IMG/VR virus record: IMGVR_UViG_2703718781_000017
DNA: 5,671 nt
Reading direction: 5' to 3' (one strand)
Source: a virus
Taxonomy: Duplodnaviria > Heunggongvirae > Uroviricota > Caudoviricetes
Positions 1 through 5,390 of the stretch are shown piece after piece. Numbering within the stretch: the stretch's first letter is position 1; every line of letters begins with the position of its first letter. A model generated the notes under the pieces. That model made no database searches and had not been told where the DNA came from. It saw only the letters and a list, made by a program, of their open reading frames with translations. A program made the translations under genes and the position numbers.

Positions 1-407
1 TCTGGCAGCCTGAGTTCACAGATAAAACACTCTCCAGGAAACCCGGTGCGGTTCCTCCGGTAGGCGGTGGCCGTGCTGTCACACGCCCCTTTCAGGCGTT
101 CACGTTCAAAATTCAGCACCACGGCCAGATTGTCATATTCCTGTACCAGCTCCCGGCGTGCCACGCGCTCAATGTGGCGCTGTTTCAGCTCGTCGCTCAG
201 GACACCACCGGCTGCACGAAAGGCCGTGCGCCAGTCGTCAGCATCGTTTCCGTCGGCCTGCGTCAGCGCATTTTTTTCCTGCTCTGCCCGTTCAATGGCC
301 GTGACGGTCTCATCCATCAGGCGGGCGTTCTCAAGATGAGCGACTCTGGCCTTTTCCAGTTGTGCCAGTGCGGGTTGCAGATATTCAGGGATGGTGTTGT
401 CAGACAT
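1..407 (-). CDS. Hypothetical protein, N-terminal 135 codons only (gene continues past the left window edge); possibly the first gene of a divergent late-type operon
   Basis: Reverse-strand frame is open with no stop from the window edge to the ATG at complement 407..405; product begins MSDNTIPEYLQPALAQLEKARVAHLENARLMDETVTAIERAEQEKNALTQ. GAGGAG Shine-Dalgarno (complement of 415..420) lies 7 nt upstream of the ATG. Absent from the ORF track because it is truncated. Charged, helix-prone composition. Family not recognised. Confidence 0.6.
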   Translation of the reverse strand, partial: MSDNTIPEYLQPALAQLEKARVAHLENARLMDETVTAIERAEQEKNALTQADGNDADDWRTAFRAAGGVLSDELKQRHIERVARRELVQEYDNLAVVLNFERERLKGACDSTATAYRRNRTGFPGECFICELRLP

Positions 408-479
408 TTTCCGGCTCCTCGTCACTTCAGGTTAAGAAAATTGTGACGTACACCGGACAACAACACGACGCATTGCAGA

Positions 480-497
480 TGTGCCAGCCCTGACACA
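480..497 (-). promoter_or_regulatory. TGT-N12-ACA dyad, candidate activator site of a P2/P4 late-type promoter driving the reverse-strand gene
   Basis: TGT at 480..482 and ACA at 495..497 with a 12-nt spacer. The dyad centre (about 488) is ~55 bp upstream of a predicted reverse-strand start near 433, with a weak -10-like CACAAT (complement of 440..445) and the ATG at 407. This geometry matches Ogr/Delta-activated late promoters (established knowledge). A second TGT-N12-ACA lies at 442..459. The motif is short and about one chance occurrence is expected in a window this size. Confidence 0.3.
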
Positions 498-576
498 GGA
501 GACTCATCCTCAGACCGGCAAGCCAGGAAAAGGTCGCAGGAAAAACCGGCTTACTGTTTGTTTTTTTATATTTTAC

Positions 577-680
577 TGTTCACCTCTGTTCACCTTAATA
601 AAAAAGATAAGTAATACAGTAAGTTAAATGGTGAACAATCGCAGTAATGACTGTTCACCGTCTGTTCACCACTGTTCACC
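577..680. repeat. ori-like iteron cluster: six copies of the octamer TGTTCACC (five direct, one inverted)
   Basis: Exact TGTTCACC at 577..584, 587..594, 652..659, 663..670 and 673..680; inverted copy GGTGAACA at 630..637. The cluster sits in an AT-rich intergenic region with a T-run at 553..568. The same octamer recurs downstream of the primase gene (5391..5671). In P4 the alpha protein binds this type I iteron at ori and crr (established knowledge). Confidence 0.75.
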
Positions 681-682
681 CG

Positions 683-771
683 TTGATGGGCTTTTTGTGC
701 TGTTTATTACTTTTTATTTTTATTAATTCACTGAAATAAATAAGAAAAAACAATTTGTATTTCACTATAAT
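683..771 (+). promoter_or_regulatory. AT-rich candidate promoter region for the AlpA gene
   Basis: Strongly AT-rich stretch immediately right of the iterons, with a perfect TATAAT at 766..771. No convincing -35 hexamer at 17 bp spacing, so exact promoter placement is uncertain. Confidence 0.3.
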
Positions 772-958
772 TTTTTCCAGCTCCTTCCAGAGCGTTTTAA
801 AGCTATCTGGCGCTGATGTACAAAAAACGCACAGCCATTGTAAGGCTGCCGGAACAAATCCCCCCTGTTGCGTCTGCCAAAAATATTCACAAAATAAAGC
901 GCTACCCGAAGCCGGACGGACTTATCCGGTGCTGTATGGACATTAACGAGGTAGCCCG

Positions 959-1225
959 ATGCAAGCTGTTTTTTCTTCCCCGTCTCCCGCCCCTGTGACG
1001 CCACTGATGCCGCTGCCGGACATCACGCAGGAGCGTTTTTTACGTCTGCCGGAAGTGATGCACCTGTGCGGCCTGTCACGCTCGACCATCTACGAACTCA
1101 TCCGTAAGGGGGAATTTCCGCCGCAGGTGAGTCTTGGCGGTAAAAATGTGGCCTGGCTGCACTCTGAAGTCACCGCATGGATGGCCGGCCGCATTGCCGG
1201 ACGCAAACGGGGGTATGACGCATGA
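959..1225 (+). CDS. alpA: AlpA-family phage/island transcriptional regulator (helix-turn-helix, excisionase-like fold)
   Basis: Translation contains the hallmark AlpA motif [52 protein letters not shown] at 947..950 sits 8 nt upstream of the ATG at 959. An alternative start at the in-frame ATG 1007 would give the more typical ~72 aa length but lacks a Shine-Dalgarno. Stop TGA at 1223..1225. Confidence 0.85.
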   Translation: MQAVFSSPSPAPVTPLMPLPDITQERFLRLPEVMHLCGLSRSTIYELIRKGEFPPQVSLGGKNVAWLHSEVTAWMAGRIAGRKRGYDA

Positions 1226-1260
1226 TGATGCCCGCTCTGCAAAAACTCCCTTTTTCTGGC

Positions 1261-1290
1261 TTGCCTTTTTCCGGCATTTGCGGATATAGT
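1261..1290 (+). promoter_or_regulatory. Candidate sigma70 promoter in the leader downstream of alpA
   Basis: TTGCCT at 1261..1266, an 18-bp spacer, then TATAGT at 1285..1290. Predicted start near 1297. Sequence-only prediction. Confidence 0.3.
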
Positions 1291-1353
1291 CTTTCCGTTG
1301 CCGCAAAATCGGCAGCCGGGCGTGAGAACCCGTGTAGCTCGAAGGCGACATAT

Positions 1354-1375
1354 GACGCGCCATGCGTCTTTTTTT
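1354..1375 (+). terminator. Short hairpin plus T7 tract: candidate weak intrinsic terminator or attenuator
   Basis: GACGC (1354..1358) pairs with GCGTC (1364..1368) around a 5-nt loop, followed by seven T (1369..1375). The stem is only 5 bp. An outer pairing GCGACA (1345..1350) with TGTCGC (1377..1382) encloses the hairpin and T tract, suggesting alternative folds. It could terminate alpA transcription or a ~80 nt transcript from the 1261..1290 promoter. Confidence 0.35.
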
Positions 1376-1507
1376 GTGTCGCAATCAACGCCACAGAGCG
1401 CCAGATTATGGTGTGGCGTGTGGTTTGCCGTGCAGGTATGATCCTGTTCGCAATCGCATGTTATGCCACTGAGTCAATGGTAGCTCAGGCGGGGCAGCCT
1501 CCGGGCT

Positions 1508-1535
1508 GGCCGGTATTCTTCGAGGCCGGTATTCT
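1508..1535 (+). repeat. Perfect 12-bp tandem direct repeat GGCCGGTATTCT (period 16 bp)
   Basis: GGCCGGTATTCT at 1508..1519 and again at 1524..1535. It lies in the leader upstream of the first cassette gene and is followed by a 9-bp-stem hairpin (GCTATCGCC 1549..1557 pairing with GGCGATAGC 1576..1584) just before the ribosome-binding site of the 1615 gene. Confidence 0.8.
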
Positions 1536-1614
1536 CACCCCCGTCTGGGCTATCGCCATCGAGCGTGAGAACTCCGGCGATAGCAGTTATTTGCTACTCG
1601 AAGGAGGCTGCCTT

Positions 1615-1812
1615 ATGGCTACAACCCTTACCCCCTCACACCCTGAATTTGTCTTTGTGTTTGCGGCTGTCCGTCGCGCAGACCGTCATCCCCGTATCTG
1701 TATGCTTCGCACCGTCGCCGGTGATGAACGCAGTGCCCGCCGTTCCCTTGTCCGTGACTATGTGCTCTCCCTTGCTGCCCGTCTGCCGGTGGTGGAGGTG
1801 TCCCGTGCGTAA
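1615..1812 (+). CDS. Small hypothetical protein (65 aa), first gene of the alpA-to-primase cassette
   Basis: Strong AAGGAGG Shine-Dalgarno at 1601..1607 sits 7 nt before the ATG at 1615; stop TAA at 1810..1812. Product is [65 protein letters not shown]. Small proteins in this position of P4-like islands are often annotated as Icd-like, but I cannot confirm homology from sequence alone. The ORF-track version 1222..1812 would cross the promoter and terminator-like leader features and is unlikely to be translated in full. Confidence 0.6.
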   Translation: MATTLTPSHPEFVFVFAAVRRADRHPRICMLRTVAGDERSARRSLVRDYVLSLAARLPVVEVSRA

Positions 1813-2092
1813 TAAAAAAGCCCCTCAGACCGTCTCAGCGCGTCATGACGCCCGTGAACACCTCAGCATTGAGGCTTACCATAAGCTCAACCGCGCCAGC
1901 GCCGTATCCCAGTTTGTTGGGGGTGATTTGATTCACCGTGAACTCTCCGGCCTGCATCAGCTCTACATTCCGCATATTTTCAGCTACCTGAATGAAGATA
2001 TTGATTTTGTGCTGAATGAACTGAAAGCCAAAGGCCTGTGCCGCGATTTTCTCGCCCAGCAGAAAGACCGGGGAGACAGGACGCATGTTTGA
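1805..2092 (+). CDS. Hypothetical protein (~95 aa), probable GTG start, translationally coupled to the upstream gene
   Basis: GGAGG at 1794..1798 sits 6 nt upstream of GTG at 1805, which overlaps the TAA stop of the previous gene. The frame stays open to TGA at 2090..2092 and contains no in-frame ATG after 1805. The only ATG-initiated version (1565) would overlap the 1615 gene out of frame for 240 nt. Product is [95 protein letters not shown]. Confidence 0.5.
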   Translation: MRNKKAPQTVSARHDAREHLSIEAYHKLNRASAVSQFVGGDLIHRELSGLHQLYIPHIFSYLNEDIDFVLNELKAKGLCRDFLAQQKDRGDRTHV

Positions 2093-2540
2093 TTTTCCCC
2101 AGCCCGGTGAGATTTACCGTTCTGCCGGTTTTCCCGATGTGGCCGTGGTCGGCATTCTGGAAGACGGTATTCCGTGGGAAATGCCGTACCGCTGCCCGGA
2201 AATTGTCTGGAACCCGTACCGCCGTAAATTCAGTATCCTTGTGCGTATCCTCGCTGACGGACGCACCACAGACATCCCGCTGGGGCGTTTTCTGCGGGAA
2301 TTTACCTGTGACCGTCCTGACCTGTTTAAACGCAGCCCCGTAAACCGGCATGCGGTACTGAAAGAAATGGCCGGAGACCCGGAATTACAGAAATGGCGGG
2401 AAAAATATCTGGATATTTACCCGCAGGACACTGTTCCGGTCAGCCGGGCAGCACCGGTGGCGCGGGAATGGCGGGAAATTCCCCGCACGGAGCCTGACCC
2501 GGAAACCACCCCGGATAACAGTTACCGCAATTATCTGTAA
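2085..2540 (+). CDS. Hypothetical protein (151 aa)
   Basis: ATG at 2085 overlaps the stop of the previous gene by 8 nt (ATGTTTGA), with GGAGA at 2071..2075 upstream. Clean 151-codon frame ending TAA at 2538..2540. Product begins [63 protein letters not shown]. No domain recognised by eye. Confidence 0.65.
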   Translation: MFDFPQPGEIYRSAGFPDVAVVGILEDGIPWEMPYRCPEIVWNPYRRKFSILVRILADGRTTDIPLGRFLREFTCDRPDLFKRSPVNRHAVLKEMAGDPELQKWREKYLDIYPQDTVPVSRAAPVAREWREIPRTEPDPETTPDNSYRNYL

Positions 2541-2568
2541 TTAAAAAACGACCCCCGAAAAATTAAAT

Positions 2569-2608
2569 GTGCGTATTCGCGCAGGGATACGCACGTCTTC
2601 AGGAGACG
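2569..2608 (+). promoter_or_regulatory. Tandem hairpins or inverted repeats in the intergenic gap between the 151-aa and 63-aa genes
   Basis: GTGCGTAT (2569..2576) pairs with ATACGCAC (2587..2594) around a 10-nt loop; immediately after, CGTCT (2594..2598) pairs with AGACG (2604..2608) around a 5-nt loop. No U tract follows, so this is not a canonical terminator. Candidate operator, RNA processing site or internal regulatory element. Confidence 0.35.
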
Positions 2609-2675
2609 CAGATATACCTTATCAGTTAATGCAACCGGCACGGAATGCAGTCATCTGTCACAGGGAGAAAAGCAA

Positions 2676-2867
2676 ATGAAAACACCCTTACCGCCCGTCT
2701 TACGCGCTGCCCTTTACCGTCGCGCTGTCGCCTGTGCCTGGCTGACCGTGTGCGAACGTCAGCACCGCTACCCGCATCTCACCCTTGAGTCACTGGAGGC
2801 GGCCATCGCCGCTGAGCTGGAAGGCTTTTATCTGCGCCAGCACGGTGAGGAAAAGGGCGTCAGATAG
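2676..2867 (+). CDS. Small hypothetical protein (63 aa)
   Basis: GGGAG at 2663..2667 sits 8 nt upstream of the ATG at 2676; stop TAG at 2865..2867. Product is [63 protein letters not shown]. Family not recognised. Confidence 0.55.
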
Positions 2868-2890
2868 CCTGTGCCCTGCTGGAAGATTTA

Positions 2891-2995
2891 ATGGAATCCG
2901 GCCCCCTGAAGGCCGCGCCGTCGCTGTCCTTTCTCGGGCTGGTTGTGATGGATGAACTCTGTGCCCGTCACATAAAAGCGCCGGTACTGCACTGA
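2891..2995 (+). CDS. Possible 34-codon upstream ORF whose stop overlaps the primase Shine-Dalgarno (speculative)
   Basis: ATG at 2891 to TGA at 2993..2995 ([34 protein letters not shown]). The stop abuts the AAGGAG at 2995..3000 that serves the primase ATG at 3010. No good ribosome-binding site of its own. Could be a leader peptide, a coupling ORF or non-coding. Confidence 0.2.
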
Positions 2996-3009
2996 AGGAG
3001 AACAACACC

Positions 3010-5343
3010 ATGAAAATGAACGTAACCGCCACCGTCAGCCATGCGCTCGGCCACTGGCCGCGTATTCTCCCGGCGCTGGGGATTCAGGTGCTGAAAAACC
3101 GTCATCAGCCCTGTCCGGTCTGTGGCGGGAGTGACCGCTTCCGTTTTGATGACAGGGAGGGGCGCGGCACCTGGTACTGCAATCAGTGTGGTGCCGGTGA
3201 CGGCCTGAAACTGGTTGAAAAGGTGTTTGGTGTTTCCCCGTCCGACGCGGCCGCAAAGGTGGCTGCCGTGACCGGCAGCCTGCCCACGGCTGACCCGGCA
3301 GTGACGGCCGCCGCCGGCGCTGAAACAGACGCTGCCCGGAAGAACGCCGCCGCACTGGCACAAACCCTGATGGCAAAAACCCGTCCCGGAACCGGTAACG
3401 CCTACCTGACCCGCAAGGGCTTTCCCGGCCGGGAATGCCGGATGCTGACCGGCACACACAGAGCCGGTGGCGTGAGCTGGCGCGCCGGTGACCTTGTGGT
3501 GCCACTGTATGACGACAGCGGCGAACTGGTTAACCTTCAGTTAATCAGTGCTGACGGCCGTAAGCGCACCCTGAAAGGCGGACAGGTCAGGGGCACCTGT
3601 CACACCCTTGAAGGACAGAATCAGGCCGGAAAACGTCTGTGGATAGCGGAGGGATACGCGACCGCACTTACCGTACATCACCTGACCGGTGAAACGGTGA
3701 TGGTGGCGCTTTCTTCCGTGAACCTCCTTTCTCTGGCCAGCCTTGCCCGGCAGAAGCATCCGGCCTGTCAGATTGTCCTTGCCGCAGACCGTGACCTCAG
3801 CGGTGACGGCCAGAAAAAAGCCGCCGCAGCCGCAGATGCGTGTGAGGGCGTTGTTGCCCTGCCGCCGGTCTTCGGTGACTGGAATGATGCCTTCACGCAG
3901 TACGGCGGGGAGGCCACCCGTAAGGCCATTTATGATGCCATCCGGCCACCGGCTGAAAGCCCGTTCGATACCATGAGCGAAGCGGAGTTTTCCGCCATGA
4001 GTACCAGCGAAAAGGCCATGCGTATCTATGAGCATTACGGCGAGGCGCTCGCGGTCGATGCCAACGGCCAGCTTCTGTCCCGCTATGAAAATGGTGTCTG
4101 GAAGGTGCTGCCGCCACAGGACTTTGCCCGGGATGTGGCCGGGCTGTTTCAGCGTCTGCGCGCGCCGTTCTCCTCCGGGAAGGTGGCCTCCGTGGTGGAC
4201 ACCCTGAAGCTGATTATTCCGCAGCAGGAAGCCCCCTCCCGCCGCCTGATTGGCTTTCGTAACGGCGTGCTCGACACGCAGAACGGCACGTTCCACCCGC
4301 ACAGTCCGTCACACTGGATGCGCACCCTGTGCGATGTGGATTTCACCCCGCCGGTGGACGGTGAAACGCTGGAGACCCACGCCCCCGCGTTCTGGCGCTG
4401 GCTTGACCGTGCCGCCGGTGGCCGTGCGGAAAAACGCGACGTGATTCTGGCCGCACTGTTTATGGTGCTGGCAAACCGCTACGACTGGCAGCTCTTTCTG
4501 GAGGTGACCGGTCCCGGCGGCAGCGGCAAAAGTATCATGGCCGAAATAGCCACCCTGCTGGCCGGGGAGGATAACGCCACGTCGGCCACCATCGAGACGC
4601 TGGAATCCCCGCGTGAACGTGCCGCGTTAACTGGCTTCTCACTGATACGCCTGCCGGACCAGGAAAAATGGAGCGGCGACGGAGCCGGACTCAAGGCCAT
4701 CACCGGCGGCGATGCGGTGTCCGTTGACCCGAAATACCGGGATGCGTACTCCACGCATATCCCGGCGGTGATTCTGGCCGTGAACAATAACCCGATGCGC
4801 TTCACCGACCGCAGCGGCGGCGTGTCACGCCGGCGGGTGATTATTCACTTCCCGGAACAGATAGCCCCGCAGGAGCGCGACCCGCAGCTTAAGGACAAAA
4901 TCACCCGCGAGCTGGCGGTCATCGTGCGTCACCTGATGCAGAAGTTCAGCGACCCGATGCTCGCCCGGTCACTGCTTCAGTCCCAGCAGAACTCAGACGA
5001 GGCACTGAACATCAAACGGGATGCCGACCCGACGTTTGATTTTATCGGCTATCTGGAAACCCTGCCGCAGACCAGCGGCATGTATATGGGGAACGCCAGT
5101 ATCATCCCGCGTAATTACCGTAAATACCTCTATCACGCCTATCTGGCCTACATGGAGGCAAACGGCTACCGGAATGTACTCAGTCTGAAAATGTTCGGGC
5201 TGGGGCTGCCGGTGATGCTGAAGGAATACGGACTGAATTACGAGAAGCGCCATACCAAACAGGGGATACAGACCAACCTGACGCTGAAAGAGGAAAGCTA
5301 CGGCGACTGGCTGCCAAAATGTGACGACCCTGCAACAGCCTGA
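3010..5343 (+). CDS. P4 alpha-type multifunctional replication protein: primase (zinc ribbon plus Toprim), helicase with P-loop NTPase, and C-terminal origin-binding region
   Basis: 777-codon ORF with AAGGAG at 2995..3000, 9 nt before the ATG. Zinc-ribbon signature CPVCGG-x18-CNQCG (aa 35..60, nt about 3112..3189). Toprim motifs WIAEGYATAL (Glu 214, nt about 3649) and AADRDLSGDG (Asp 260 and 262, nt about 3787..3795). Walker A GPGGSGKS at aa 501..508 (nt 4510..4533). The C-terminal ~150 aa are unassigned and by analogy with P4 alpha should bind the TGTTCACC iterons. Stop TGA at 5341..5343. Confidence 0.95.
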   Translation: MKMNVTATVSHALGHWPRILPALGIQVLKNRHQPCPVCGGSDRFRFDDREGRGTWYCNQCGAGDGLKLVEKVFGVSPSDAAAKVAAVTGSLPTADPAVTAAAGAETDAARKNAAALAQTLMAKTRPGTGNAYLTRKGFPGRECRMLTGTHRAGGVSWRAGDLVVPLYDDSGELVNLQLISADGRKRTLKGGQVRGTCHTLEGQNQAGKRLWIAEGYATALTVHHLTGETVMVALSSVNLLSLASLARQKHPACQIVLAADRDLSGDGQKKAAAAADACEGVVALPPVFGDWNDAFTQYGGEATRKAIYDAIRPPAESPFDTMSEAEFSAMSTSEKAMRIYEHYGEALAVDANGQLLSRYENGVWKVLPPQDFARDVAGLFQRLRAPFSSGKVASVVDTLKLIIPQQEAPSRRLIGFRNGVLDTQNGTFHPHSPSHWMRTLCDVDFTPPVDGETLETHAPAFWRWLDRAAGGRAEKRDVILAALFMVLANRYDWQLFLEVTGPGGSGKSIMAEIATLLAGEDNATSATIETLESPRERAALTGFSLIRLPDQEKWSGDGAGLKAITGGDAVSVDPKYRDAYSTHIPAVILAVNNNPMRFTDRSGGVSRRRVIIHFPEQIAPQERDPQLKDKITRELAVIVRHLMQKFSDPMLARSLLQSQQNSDEALNIKRDADPTFDFIGYLETLPQTSGMYMGNASIIPRNYRKYLYHAYLAYMEANGYRNVLSLKMFGLGLPVMLKEYGLNYEKRHTKQGIQTNLTLKEESYGDWLPKCDDPATA

Positions 5344-5350
5344 CCCACCT

Positions 5351-5375
5351 GACCGGCATCTGCCGGTCTTTTTTT
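5351..5375 (+). terminator. Rho-independent terminator of the primase operon
   Basis: GACCGGCA (5351..5358) pairs with TGCCGGTC (5361..5368), a GC-rich hairpin, followed by seven T (5369..5375). It starts 8 nt after the primase stop codon. Confidence 0.8.
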
Positions 5376-5390
5376 ATCCCTGAATTCCCC

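Noticed and set aside
67-446. Forward ORFs 67..339 and 174..446 from the ORF track
   Set aside because: They are antisense to the well-supported reverse-strand gene 1..407, have Arg/Ser/Cys-rich low-complexity translations, and lack ribosome-binding sites; judged to be shadow ORFs.
755-998. Forward ORFs 755..946 and 816..998 upstream of and overlapping the alpA start
   Set aside because: They begin inside the AT-rich promoter region, have no ribosome-binding site, and overlap the alpA start out of frame; more likely a 5' untranslated region.
1076-1394. Reverse-strand ORFs 1076..1384 and 1170..1394
   Set aside because: They are antisense to the 3' end of alpA and the leader, with low-complexity translations and no ribosome-binding site.
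1222-1614. N-terminal extension of the 1615..1812 gene (ORF-track call 1222..1812, 196 aa), and a tRNA-like impression at about 1430..1560
   Set aside because: The extension would read through promoter-like, terminator-like and tandem-repeat elements, and the ATG at 1615 has a perfect AAGGAGG site. I could not trace a cloverleaf with acceptor and anticodon arms, so no tRNA is called. An internal start at ATG 1408 cannot be fully excluded without expression data.
1565-1804. ATG-initiated version of the 95-aa gene (ORF-track call 1565..2092)
   Set aside because: It would overlap the 1615..1812 gene out of frame for about 240 nt; GTG at 1805 with GGAGG 6 nt upstream gives a compact, coupled arrangement instead.
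1615-2540. Toxin-antitoxin interpretation of the overlapping small gene pairs
   Set aside because: Overlap and small size are compatible with a toxin-antitoxin pair, but no toxin or antitoxin fold motif is recognisable and three coupled genes in an operon with the primase fit a phage early operon equally well; left as untested rather than called.
1835-3032. Reverse-strand ORFs 1835..2086, 1980..2351 and 2790..3032, and forward ORF 2038..2343
   Set aside because: All lie antisense to or out of frame within the better-supported forward cassette genes and have no start signals; typical spurious frames in GC-rich coding sequence.
4779-4786. Single octamer-like site CGTGAACA inside the primase coding sequence
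   Set aside because: It has one mismatch to GGTGAACA, is isolated, and sits within coding sequence; most likely chance rather than a third iteron locus.
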